IMG/VR virus record: IMGVR_UViG_3300035180_002210
Coordinates: 1 to 64,000 of that record
DNA: 64,000 nucleotides
DNA from: a virus
Reading direction: 5' to 3' (one strand)
Shown here: one piece after another, positions 37,044-46,036 of the stretch
How positions within the stretch are numbered: position 1 is the stretch's first letter
How the letters are laid out: the number at the start of each line of letters is the position of its first letter
Position numbers and translations under genes: made by a program
Notes under the pieces: generated by a model
Seen by the model: only the letters and a program-made list of their open reading frames with translations
What the model was told of the DNA's origin: nothing
The model's database searches: none

Positions 37044-37417
37044 AGGAAGCAGTAAAGAAGTTCTTAGAACTAATGTCCAACCAGGAAGACGGCAAATGCT
37101 TGTATAAGTTTTTTGGCGGCTGCTGGGAGCTTGCCTATCCGATCTTCAAGAAATATGCGCCAAAAGAGCTGCAGGCTTACGAAGACCGGCTGCCGGAAGA
37201 GTTCACCTATTTTAATCCTCAGGTTGAGAAAATACTTTCCACCGGTGACGAAAAAGAAAACTGGACAGCCGCGGTAAACTATTATAATTCCCGCATGGCA
37301 TCATACGCCAACCCGCAGGACGTTGACTTTATTACCGATCCTACAACGGGTGATGACATTCCCTACGTGCCGAACCAGAGCATAGACGCGAAGCAATATT
37401 TTGGCCGGGAAGAATGA
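37040..37417 (+). CDS. Hypothetical protein
   Basis: ATGA-coupled to the DarB-like gene. Confidence 0.7.
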   Translation: MKEAVKKFLELMSNQEDGKCLYKFFGGCWELAYPIFKKYAPKELQAYEDRLPEEFTYFNPQVEKILSTGDEKENWTAAVNYYNSRMASYANPQDVDFITDPTTGDDIPYVPNQSIDAKQYFGREE

Positions 37418-37764
37418 GCAGCGGTTTACGGAAGTTTTACGAAAGCCGGGATTCGCTAACGGCAGAGGAGCGGGAAAAGTTTGATGAGATATTCGAGCCG
37501 ATAATCCGCGAATACGGGCATGGAGTAATCCGGGCCTTTTACCAGCTCAGCCACCGGCTACGGTTAGAATTCGAGTGCAACTCTTTGCCAATAACGCTGC
37601 TATACCGGCTATCGTTATTCCGTATGTTTGAAACGGAGTATGCAGCGTTAACCACAAAAGAGGTGATTGATATTGAAGGCCTGCCGAAGCGGACGGCCTA
37701 TCAGATGAAAGCAAGATTCTGGAAACAGAAACATGATGCTAAAAAATTAACAAAGAACGGGTAA
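37414..37764 (+). CDS. Hypothetical protein with C-terminal HTH-like segment
   Basis: TTKEVIDIEGLPKRTAYQM. Confidence 0.6.
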   Translation: MSSGLRKFYESRDSLTAEEREKFDEIFEPIIREYGHGVIRAFYQLSHRLRLEFECNSLPITLLYRLSLFRMFETEYAALTTKEVIDIEGLPKRTAYQMKARFWKQKHDAKKLTKNG

Positions 37765-37769
37765 TATTA

Positions 37770-38102
37770 GTGAAAACAGGAAAAGGACGAATTACAGAAA
37801 TTTTTAATACGCTGGAGAAGGTTGGGTATATCGTATTCACGTTCAACAGCCAGAAAGCCCTTGGAACCGGAATGAAAGACTTTGTTGATCATTTGATCAT
37901 CGGGCATGGCCGGTCAATTTATATTGAAGTGAAATTGGGGAGAGACGTAATAAGCAAAGGGCAGGAGCGGACACACGCGCTTTTAGCCGCGGTATCGGCA
38001 CAAAACAGGCTGGTTGAACTATTCATAGTGAGGGACGAAACCCAGGCAACAGCGATTAGAGATAAAATTTTATATTCAAAAGATATGGAAATGATACTAT
38101 GA
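37770..38102 (+). CDS. VRR-NUC-like PD-(D/E)xK nuclease
   Basis: DFVDHLII...IYIEVK...ISKGQ. Confidence 0.75.
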   Translation: MKTGKGRITEIFNTLEKVGYIVFTFNSQKALGTGMKDFVDHLIIGHGRSIYIEVKLGRDVISKGQERTHALLAAVSAQNRLVELFIVRDETQATAIRDKILYSKDMEMIL

Positions 38103-38695
38103 AGCTCGATTTCATGACCAAGATATTGATAGTGGCTACCGCAATCATAATCGGTACGCTTACTTTCTTCGTGACGAAAGGGATCTACTACAAGGCGCCG
38201 GTTCAGCCGCCACCGCCGATGATAAAGATTGATACCGTAACCGTGACGGTTTACCAGTCTTTTCCGCCGATTGTGATACATGGCAAGATTGATACCTTTT
38301 ATGTTTATGTAACATTGGACGGGAAGCCAACGCAGCAGATAACAGCCGAGGCCGATACTTCCATAGTTGACCAAGGCGATACGCTCAATATTTCCACCCG
38401 ATACATCTTTCCGCCGGATAATCTGTTCAAGACAAACGTGAGCTGGCTGAAGCATACGCGGGAGATTCACACCACGACCACGAACTATGAAGTGAAGGAA
38501 GTCCCGGGAAAGCCCGATCTGTTTGATATGGGAATAATGGGTGAGTTAGCATATCCGAATTTTACCGTTGAACCCGAGCTTTACGCAGCGCTAAACCTGG
38601 GTAAAAACAGTTATTGGGCCGGTGTAAGCGGCAAATGGAGCAACCAGCGGATAAACCCGATCTACAAGCTGGGCGCGAAGTTCAGCTTCTTCTAA
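38099..38695 (+). CDS. Membrane-anchored protein, possible spanin-like lysis accessory
   Basis: N-terminal transmembrane helix, DT-rich beta segments, amphipathic C-terminus ending in F. Confidence 0.45.
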   Translation: MKLDFMTKILIVATAIIIGTLTFFVTKGIYYKAPVQPPPPMIKIDTVTVTVYQSFPPIVIHGKIDTFYVYVTLDGKPTQQITAEADTSIVDQGDTLNISTRYIFPPDNLFKTNVSWLKHTREIHTTTTNYEVKEVPGKPDLFDMGIMGELAYPNFTVEPELYAALNLGKNSYWAGVSGKWSNQRINPIYKLGAKFSFF

Positions 38696-38716
38696 AAAGA
38701 CAATTCATTTTTTAAC

Positions 38717-38770
38717 AAAGGCCTCCCCACCTGCAAAGGCATAGGTACGTAAAGCGGGCGGCCTTTTTTT
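38717..38770 (+). terminator. Intrinsic terminator-like structure
   Basis: AAAGGCC...GGCCTTTTTTT closing stem with U-tract. Confidence 0.55.
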
Positions 38771-38831
38771 ATTTCTGCCAGTCATCCCCCTTGTCAATCC
38801 GAATCTACAACTCCCCCGTACTTAAAGTAAT

Positions 38832-38877
38832 TAGTGCAAAAAACAGACTAAATAATGATTCCTAAACGGCTTAGTTT
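38832..38877 (+). promoter_or_regulatory. Late promoter motif copy (upstream of protease and capsid)
   Basis: TAGTGCAAAAAACAGACTAAA with TAGTTT 40 nt after the motif start. Confidence 0.7.
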
Positions 38878-38903
38878 CACGCTATATGAAGAAACTATTT
38901 TAA

Positions 38904-40397
38904 ATGCACAACACAAGTAAAGACGAGTTCAGTTTTTTTGCCGACGAAGCCTACCTGGTTAAAAGCGGTGATGCCAAAAGCCACAAGTTTGGCGGCTGCT
39001 TTACTACTGAGGACCGGGACATTGACGGAGAAATCCTCGACGCGGACGGCATGGATATTACTTCGTACTTCATGAACGGCTGGGGTAAGATAAAATATGA
39101 GCACCCGGATTACCTTGATACCTTCATAGGCGCGCCTACCAAAGTCTGGCGGAATGGGAAGAAGACCTACTTCGAAGCAGAATTCTACCATTTCCATGAT
39201 ATTCCGGATGATATGTTGAACACGCAGCAGAAAGCAGCCAAGCAGGCTTATGACTTGCTCAAGAACACCGAAGAGTGGAACCGGCTGCACCCTGAAGCGC
39301 CTAAGCAGAAAATTGGTTACAGTGTTGAGGGTGAGTGGCGGAAAAAGGACAAGGATGAAAAGACCGGCAGGATCAAAAAATCCAGACTGGTAAATGTTGT
39401 ACTTACAACGAAGCCAAGGAACCGCGGTACGGAAGCAGTTTTGAAATCAATGGAAGTAGGGTATGCACACGGCATAACGGACCAGACGGGGTTTGGAGCG
39501 ACACGCCTTTCATCCATTCAAAGAGATAAGAAGCAAATTAAAAAATCAGCCGATACGGACGATGACAGTCTGGTAGATATGACTGAATCTATTAACAATT
39601 CATTCATTAAAATCATTAAGGAGCATATTCCTATGAAAAAGTTCAAAGACAAAAAAGAGTGCCATGAGTATTACAAAAGCTTAGGGCTCGACGACGACGA
39701 AGCCGGAATGCTTGCCGATAAGTGGGAAAAACACGAATCAGGCGAAGGCAAGGAAAAGGAAGAGTTAGAGCGCAAGAAGAAAGAAGAAGCGGAAAAGAAC
39801 GAGAAAGTTGAAAAATCGCTTGGTATTTCCGATATGCGGGCCAGCCTGGAAGCAATCCAGTCCCTGGTTAAAGCGCGTCCTTCCTTCACGGTAGAAGAGT
39901 TTGAAGGGAAACTTTCAAAATCGGTTAAAGTGAACGCCAAAGGCGAAGTTGAGGACATTACCCCCTATTTCAAAGAGAAAGAGAAAATGGATATTGCCAT
40001 CCTCGAAACTCTGGTTGGGCTGAACGACAAACTTGATCTGTTCGCAAAATCAATGGGACTTTTAGTTGCGGGTACGGTTCAAATGGCTAAATCGGTTGGG
40101 ACAACCATTCAGTTTAGCGAATTGAACGCGAAAGCCGCAGTAAAAATGCTGAAATCAAGCTCGATGAGCCTTGGTCTATCAACAGACAATCTCGACGATC
40201 ACACCATTGACGATAACAACAGAATGGAAAAATCGTTAGGCAGCGACCTTAAAAAAGGAGAAGTGATTGAAATACTCGACAAGTTACGCCAGGCAGGCAA
40301 AGTTGACCGGTTAACTGTTTCCCGCGCGGAAGTTGGCGAGATTGACGATAGGACCATGCAGATGGTGAAATCGAACCGGAATCTGTTACACAAATAA
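38904..40397 (+). CDS. Prohead protease fused to scaffold
   Basis: TEDRDIDGE...YF...G.IKYEH...IG.P...IGYSVEG...VVLT.KPRN; charged helical C-terminal half with many xxKS sites. Confidence 0.85.
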   Translation: MHNTSKDEFSFFADEAYLVKSGDAKSHKFGGCFTTEDRDIDGEILDADGMDITSYFMNGWGKIKYEHPDYLDTFIGAPTKVWRNGKKTYFEAEFYHFHDIPDDMLNTQQKAAKQAYDLLKNTEEWNRLHPEAPKQKIGYSVEGEWRKKDKDEKTGRIKKSRLVNVVLTTKPRNRGTEAVLKSMEVGYAHGITDQTGFGATRLSSIQRDKKQIKKSADTDDDSLVDMTESINNSFIKIIKEHIPMKKFKDKKECHEYYKSLGLDDDEAGMLADKWEKHESGEGKEKEELERKKKEEAEKNEKVEKSLGISDMRASLEAIQSLVKARPSFTVEEFEGKLSKSVKVNAKGEVEDITPYFKEKEKMDIAILETLVGLNDKLDLFAKSMGLLVAGTVQMAKSVGTTIQFSELNAKAAVKMLKSSSMSLGLSTDNLDDHTIDDNNRMEKSLGSDLKKGEVIEILDKLRQAGKVDRLTVSRAEVGEIDDRTMQMVKSNRNLLHK

Positions 40398-40466
40398 GCA
40401 AACAAGTTTCACACGAATTATAATTAACAAATAGAAACTTAAACTAATTAATTACGGAGTTTAATC

Positions 40467-41879
40467 ATGGATCAGGATATCCTTTCCTTCGGGCCCAGCA
40501 GCAATCCGGAAATTGCCGCTTTACAGAAAGCCCTGACGGTCGGTTACGACCACGCAATAACCGATCAGACCGGTTTTGGAGCTACCAGGCTCCAATCCAT
40601 CCAAAATACCCTTGTATGGGCGATTGAGGATGAAACCCAGTCGAGATTCTGGATCTCGCTGCGGAAAACAAAAGCGAAATCCTTAATTGAGGAATACGCC
40701 AAATTGAATTACATCGGCGATGCTTCGTTCTACGCTGAGGGTGGAATACCCGAAGAGTACAATGAAGATCTGTCAAGAGACTTCGAGCCCGTCAAATTTG
40801 TTGGCGCGGTTGGAACAGTCCCTTTGACTATCGACGTTGTTGATTCAATCACCGATAACGAATTATTGGTGATGAAAGCAAAAGCCACGGCTATTGTAAG
40901 AACCTGCAATCTGAAAACCATCTTCGGCAATTCAAACAACATTCCTTTGGAATGGAACGGGCTGGTAGAGCAGTTTTACCGCAAGGTAAAGAACCCGACG
41001 CAGAACGTTATTGACTGCCGCGGACAGGTACTTGACATCAACAACATGGCCGAAGCTGCTAAGATAATCGCCTATAACTACGGCGACAGAAACAATTTGA
41101 AATTTTGGATGAGCAACGGCGCGTTTACGAACTACGCCAAAGAGCTGATCAAGAACAAAACCTATTTTGTAAACGGGCGTCAGATCAATGAAATTGTTGC
41201 CGTACCTAAAACCATTGAAATTGGTGATAACGGTAAGGGAACGATTGAAACCGATCTCCACTTCCAGTTCAGAGGCCAGACGAACATTAACGACTTATGG
41301 CCGCGCCTGAACTCAAACAAGAGTGACTTTGCAGCCACAACAGCAAAATGCCCGGCAACGCTTTCCGGCGGTACCGCAACGGCTACCGTTGTTGCTGATC
41401 CACACAGCAAGCTTGACGGCGGCGTATATGACTATTGCTTTATTCCGGTTAACCAGTATGGCGCCGGCAAAGGCTTTGAAGTCCTGAATATCTCTGTTTC
41501 CACAGGACATAACGTAACCTTCGCGCTTAGCGACAACGGATCGGCACCCGGTTATGAAGCGACCTGCTTTGAGGTTTATAGAAAAAACACTGCACAGACA
41601 AACCTTATTGACTACCGCTACATGGCAACATTCAAAGCCAGTGCACCCAATAAAGTTGATGACGGTTCAGCCATCCCGGGAACTGAAATTGCAATTTTAG
41701 CAGACTGGAACCCCGATCAGGTGTTTGACTTCCGCCAATTGCTCCCCATGGTCCGTATGGACCTGGCACGGGTGAAGGATTCAAAACAGTGGTTACAGAA
41801 ATTATACGGAACACCTTTCCTCAAAAACGCAAACAAGGTTGTTCTGTTCACGAACGTCGGCAGCACGCCTTTATCATAA
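40467..41879 (+). CDS. Major capsid protein (A511/Twort-like)
   Basis: QKALTVGY...Q.G.GA.R.QS; EEY...F..EG; FG.S...EWNGL; NVIDCRG; QLLPMVRMDLA...LYG.P.L. Confidence 0.88.
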   Translation: MDQDILSFGPSSNPEIAALQKALTVGYDHAITDQTGFGATRLQSIQNTLVWAIEDETQSRFWISLRKTKAKSLIEEYAKLNYIGDASFYAEGGIPEEYNEDLSRDFEPVKFVGAVGTVPLTIDVVDSITDNELLVMKAKATAIVRTCNLKTIFGNSNNIPLEWNGLVEQFYRKVKNPTQNVIDCRGQVLDINNMAEAAKIIAYNYGDRNNLKFWMSNGAFTNYAKELIKNKTYFVNGRQINEIVAVPKTIEIGDNGKGTIETDLHFQFRGQTNINDLWPRLNSNKSDFAATTAKCPATLSGGTATATVVADPHSKLDGGVYDYCFIPVNQYGAGKGFEVLNISVSTGHNVTFALSDNGSAPGYEATCFEVYRKNTAQTNLIDYRYMATFKASAPNKVDDGSAIPGTEIAILADWNPDQVFDFRQLLPMVRMDLARVKDSKQWLQKLYGTPFLKNANKVVLFTNVGSTPLS

Positions 41880-41901
41880 TTGCTCTACTGCTGTCCGGTT
41901 G

Positions 41902-41938
41902 GTTGCGGAGTCCTCTGAAAATAGGCTCCGCAGCTTTT
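41902..41938 (+). terminator. Intrinsic terminator after the capsid gene
   Basis: GTTGCGGAG(T)CCT / AGGCTCCGCAGC stem followed by TTTT. Confidence 0.7.
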
Positions 41939-42143
41939 AATTAGTCATTTACACCGTTTTACCGGTTCTATGTAGCAGGGCAGGCCGGAAACCGGCGCGA
42001 TACGAAGCTTGAACTGACGGTTTACACCTGGAAGCGAAAGTACAGATAATTCACTCAGCCTATGACGGGCAAAATTTACCCCTTCCCCTTTCTTCGCGGA
42101 GAGGGGAAGGCCAATATTTAATTTAATTAATCAGGAAGCAGTT

Positions 42144-42446
42144 ATGATAGTTAAAAACCCGGCCCTTGCAAACAAAACACTGATTGTTCACGAAGAAGTG
42201 CATCCGTCGAACAAAATTACTCTCGATCATGAAGGTAAAGTAGAATTAACCCATGATCAGGCAACAGCCCTTTTAACCGTGCCGGGATTTACCGAGCATG
42301 TAGAGGAAAAGGAGCAGGAACAGAAGGTTCCCCAGGAACCCAAAACACCGGCAGAAGCGAAAGCGGCTGCAGCAGCAAAAGGCGGCAAAAAAGGGAAGGC
42401 GACAGACGAACCAAAAACACCGGCAGAAGAAACCGTACAAGAGTAA
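42144..42446 (+). CDS. Small head-associated hypothetical protein
   Basis: Follows the capsid gene; duplicated EPKTPAE. Confidence 0.7.
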   Translation: MIVKNPALANKTLIVHEEVHPSNKITLDHEGKVELTHDQATALLTVPGFTEHVEEKEQEQKVPQEPKTPAEAKAAAAAKGGKKGKATDEPKTPAEETVQE

Positions 42447-42488
42447 ACAGCCCTATGTTTCAATAACCCAGCTAAACTATGCAGAGCC

Positions 42489-43655
42489 ATGATAAAAAAA
42501 CTTTTATGCGGATCCGCGCAAACACTTTTGCTCGATTGGACCAATGTTGTAAACCTTACTAACTTCCTCACTACCGACGAAGGCGCAATACCTATTACCG
42601 TTGACGGAGAGGAAATGTTAGTTTCGCCTTTGGTTGCCAAATGGGAGATATATTTCAATCTCTTTGACGAGGACGGGCAGGCAGTAACCGATGCAGCGGG
42701 GAATCCGATCAAGGCGATCAAGTTTGACTTTGACACCGACAAAAATCAATTCTCGAAATCAATTACGATAAATGAATCGACACCGAACCAGTATGTACGG
42801 TTGTATGTCTATTCATCGGACGTTGATATTGCGGACGGGGCCCAGCCGGAGGATTATAAGCTTGAAAAACTTGAAGTTGCGGCAATGGGTACTGAATTGG
42901 TACCGGTTAGTTATTTCATTGACTTCATATTGAGCCCGGAAACGAAGCTGGACCCCGCATACGCGGAGGCGGTTGCTTCATACGCGAAGAATAACCGACC
43001 GGGAATCAAATCATTTTTACGCAGCGCAGAATCGCGCCTGGAGAGCAAGACAAAGTTGTTTTTCCAGGAGCGGATTATTACCGAGCAGAGAGATTATTTT
43101 TTCGATCAGTACACAATCCACTTATGGCAGTTTGTTGTTGGCAGTCCGCCGATTAACGCCATTACCGATTATAAACTTCAATTTGCGAACCAGCAGATTG
43201 CAGATATAAACCCGAAATTATGCACTTATGACCGAATGATGGGCATTATTGAATTCCTTCCTTATCCGGCAGGCGAAAGTTTAGCGCTATACTCCATGCT
43301 TTTGACCAACATGAGCGCAATGGCCGTGACTGTATTGAACGATTCGGCATTGAGCCGGATCCCTAATATGTTCGTTTGCAGTTACCGAACCGGACTTGTT
43401 TTCCCGGGTTGTGACGAAGGCGAGAAGGAGAGCATACGGCAGGCCATTTGTAAGAAGGCGTTCAAAGCTTCCATTCCAATAATTGATCCGGGTATTCGCC
43501 AGACGTCGAGGACGGAAGGGATAGACGGGACTTCCTCTTCCCGTAATTATGGCGGGTATGATAAGCTGCTTGAGCGGATAGACAAAGAGGAAGATGAGTT
43601 CGTGTTTGACCTGATGAAAAAATACGGGAAACTTGCTGAAATGGTGGTTGTATAA
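42489..43655 (+). CDS. Head-tail adaptor-like protein
   Basis: Position; SAE..LE...L...EQRDY; P..F..SY.TG; S...GIDG.S.S pattern. Confidence 0.6.
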   Translation: MIKKLLCGSAQTLLLDWTNVVNLTNFLTTDEGAIPITVDGEEMLVSPLVAKWEIYFNLFDEDGQAVTDAAGNPIKAIKFDFDTDKNQFSKSITINESTPNQYVRLYVYSSDVDIADGAQPEDYKLEKLEVAAMGTELVPVSYFIDFILSPETKLDPAYAEAVASYAKNNRPGIKSFLRSAESRLESKTKLFFQERIITEQRDYFFDQYTIHLWQFVVGSPPINAITDYKLQFANQQIADINPKLCTYDRMMGIIEFLPYPAGESLALYSMLLTNMSAMAVTVLNDSALSRIPNMFVCSYRTGLVFPGCDEGEKESIRQAICKKAFKASIPIIDPGIRQTSRTEGIDGTSSSRNYGGYDKLLERIDKEEDEFVFDLMKKYGKLAEMVVV

Positions 43656-43927
43656 TGAAACTTTTTGGTAAAAGCATCGGCCAGGAACACGAAGCGCAGC
43701 CGGAAGTAAAAAGGCTGGCTGAAAAGGAAGAAGTAACCAGGACGGCTAAACCGCACTTATACAGGCGGAAAAGCGAGATAGAGCGGTTGACCGAGAAAGA
43801 AAAGAAAATGGCTGCCAAAGAAGGCAATGAGCATTCAGGTACGTTCGCGAAATTCAAAGCGGGTAAGATCAAAACGCAGCAGGACCTTTTGAAGAAAGAA
43901 AAAGCCGGTCAGGAGCCGGTCCAATGA
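43655..43927 (+). CDS. Small charged protein with LFGK|S leader, probable head-internal protein
   Basis: Starts MKLFGKS, the motif also found in polyvalent protein 3. Confidence 0.65.
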   Translation: MKLFGKSIGQEHEAQPEVKRLAEKEEVTRTAKPHLYRRKSEIERLTEKEKKMAAKEGNEHSGTFAKFKAGKIKTQQDLLKKEKAGQEPVQ

Positions 43928-44111
43928 AATTATAATTAACAGGATCGTTATGAAAAAAATATTTCTTATTCTCGTTTTATTGGATCTTCCTGCTTTCGGG
44001 CAGATATTTACCTATCTGAAGGCCAAAGAGAGTTTATAATAATTTAATAACGAAGTGAGAGAACATGACAGCACCGGCTTATAAATTGAATATTTCGTCA
44101 CGGTTACTAAA

Positions 44112-44516
44112 ATGCAAGAAATAATATTTGATATGGAACATTATGCTACGTCAATAATTGGCGGACTTGTCGGCGTTATCACCGTAATTATAGGCTTTGT
44201 GAGCCGTGACTTTAACGAACGACTAAAATTAGTTGATAAACGGTCGCAGGAAATTGAGACTAACTATCTTTCAAGGTTCGCTGATATAAAAGACCGTATT
44301 TCCGAAACTACACTGTCCCTAAGCACGGAAATATACGAAACAAAACACGAAATATTAAACGCTATGATGAAATTTACTGAGGCAAGTGCTAAAGTCCAGG
44401 AAGTTAACAGAGATAGGTATGCTGACAAAGCACAAGTGGATAAAGACCTGCAAGGCTTAAACGAGCGTATTCACGAGAATAAAACAGACATTCAAAAATT
44501 ATCAGAAAGGCTATAA
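44112..44516 (+). CDS. Transmembrane plus coiled-coil protein of the lysis cassette
   Basis: One transmembrane helix then coiled coil; precedes the holin. Confidence 0.6.
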   Translation: MQEIIFDMEHYATSIIGGLVGVITVIIGFVSRDFNERLKLVDKRSQEIETNYLSRFADIKDRISETTLSLSTEIYETKHEILNAMMKFTEASAKVQEVNRDRYADKAQVDKDLQGLNERIHENKTDIQKLSERL

Positions 44517-44517
44517 G

Positions 44518-44769
44518 ATGAACGCAAAAGTAAAAGACCTGTATATGTATGTTTTGGGCGCAATTGTAGTGCTTGGAGCATTTATTATCGTAGGTATGAT
44601 GATTTACCATGAAGTGCCCGCGGGCTCAAAAGACACGATTAATATTGCAATCGGAATTCTTCTCGGCCTGGCAGGTGCCGTTGTTCAATACTTTTATGGC
44701 AGTTCCAAAAGCAGTAGTGACAAAAACGATTTGCTGGCTGGTAAAGTACCTGAAGAAAAGACTGAATAA
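44518..44769 (+). CDS. Holin-like protein
   Basis: Two transmembrane helices and YFYGSSKSS.DK motif; coupled to the endolysin. Confidence 0.75.
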   Translation: MNAKVKDLYMYVLGAIVVLGAFIIVGMMIYHEVPAGSKDTINIAIGILLGLAGAVVQYFYGSSKSSSDKNDLLAGKVPEEKTE

Positions 44770-45335
44770 TGACGATCTATGAACTGAAACAGATTGCGCC
44801 AAACGCTCACTCTCCGGAAGTATTTCTACCTATTCTCGAAGCATCGTTTGATAAGTATGGAATAAATACTCCGGAACGTCAGGCTTGTTTTATTGCTCAG
44901 GTACTTCACGAATCAGGCGAGTTCCGGTACACCAAAGAAATTGCATCCGGTAAAGAGTATGAAGGGCGTACAGATTTAGGGAACACGGTTGCCGGTGACG
45001 GTGTCCGGTATAAAGGCCGTGGCGCAATACAGGTAACAGGAAGAGCAAATTATTATGCGTGTTCCATGTATTTGTTTGGTGATGACAGGTTGGTGCAACA
45101 TCCGGAATTACTTGAACAGCCTGAGTACGCAATCGCTTCCGCTTGTTGGTTCTGGAACTCTCGTAAACTATCTGACATTGCAGATGTTCCCGAAGGATGG
45201 ACACACACTTGGAAGGGTAACGTTTACGATCACTTCCAATGGATCACAATTCGCATAAATGGCGGACTTAACGGTTATAGCCGGAGATTACAGTATTATA
45301 CCAAAGCGAAGGCGGTATTAAAAAATGCTGCGTAA
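44769..45335 (+). CDS. Endolysin, glycoside hydrolase family 19
   Basis: FIAQVLHESGEFRY.KE, YEGR.DLGN, YKGRG.IQVTGR.NY and RINGGLNG motifs. Confidence 0.92.
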   Translation: MTIYELKQIAPNAHSPEVFLPILEASFDKYGINTPERQACFIAQVLHESGEFRYTKEIASGKEYEGRTDLGNTVAGDGVRYKGRGAIQVTGRANYYACSMYLFGDDRLVQHPELLEQPEYAIASACWFWNSRKLSDIADVPEGWTHTWKGNVYDHFQWITIRINGGLNGYSRRLQYYTKAKAVLKNAA

Positions 45336-45352
45336 CATAATTTACATTTAAC

Positions 45353-46036
45353 ATGCCACTACGCATAACGGATCCCAATTTTACCGATATTATGACCATC
45401 TACGGGTTGGACGCATGGTATTATCATGCGCGGCTTTGCAGTTGTGTAGGCGCTAATAACGGAGTTCCGGATTCAAGTGATGATTGTGAAATGGGATTCA
45501 GGTACAGCGCACCGGAGAAGGTCCGCCTGCAGAGAACGCAGACTACCAAGAAAACGCTTAACACCCCATCCGGAGTAATACCGGACGGGGCCATCACCCT
45601 GACAGTTCCTAAATACTGGAAGAAGAAATTACAGAATGCCTGGGTGACTGCTGCTCATGGTGACGTTTATTCATTGATTGGTAAATCACAGGTAGCAAGG
45701 GATATTTTGAAACGCGGGGTACGCGACCGGATATTCGCGTTTGATATACAGAAAATCCTATCGGTAGCGATAAAAGATACGTTTTATATACAAGGGACTG
45801 ATTTTACCCTGCAAGACCGGACAATAGTCTGGGCGGAGGATAAGGGCCCGGAGGACGGAGCCTTTTATTCGGTTGAGTTTTTATGCAACCAGCAGTACCG
45901 GCAATATGACACGGACGCCTTCGACCGCGGTGGTGACGGCGATGATTTGCCAAAGAGAATTAATGCAGTGATCCGGCAGTACGTAAATCCGGATGATAAC
46001 CCGCTTGACGCGGTAGACACCAAGGAGAATATCTAA
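45353..46036 (+). CDS. Head closure / neck protein
   Basis: A.LCSC...C..G..Y pattern as in Twort-like neck proteins; position. Confidence 0.55.
   Translation: MPLRITDPNFTDIMTIYGLDAWYYHARLCSCVGANNGVPDSSDDCEMGFRYSAPEKVRLQRTQTTKKTLNTPSGVIPDGAITLTVPKYWKKKLQNAWVTAAHGDVYSLIGKSQVARDILKRGVRDRIFAFDIQKILSVAIKDTFYIQGTDFTLQDRTIVWAEDKGPEDGAFYSVEFLCNQQYRQYDTDAFDRGGDGDDLPKRINAVIRQYVNPDDNPLDAVDTKENI

Noticed and set aside
37919-38470. 183-aa antisense ORF
   Set aside because: Spans two convincing sense genes; likely a shadow.
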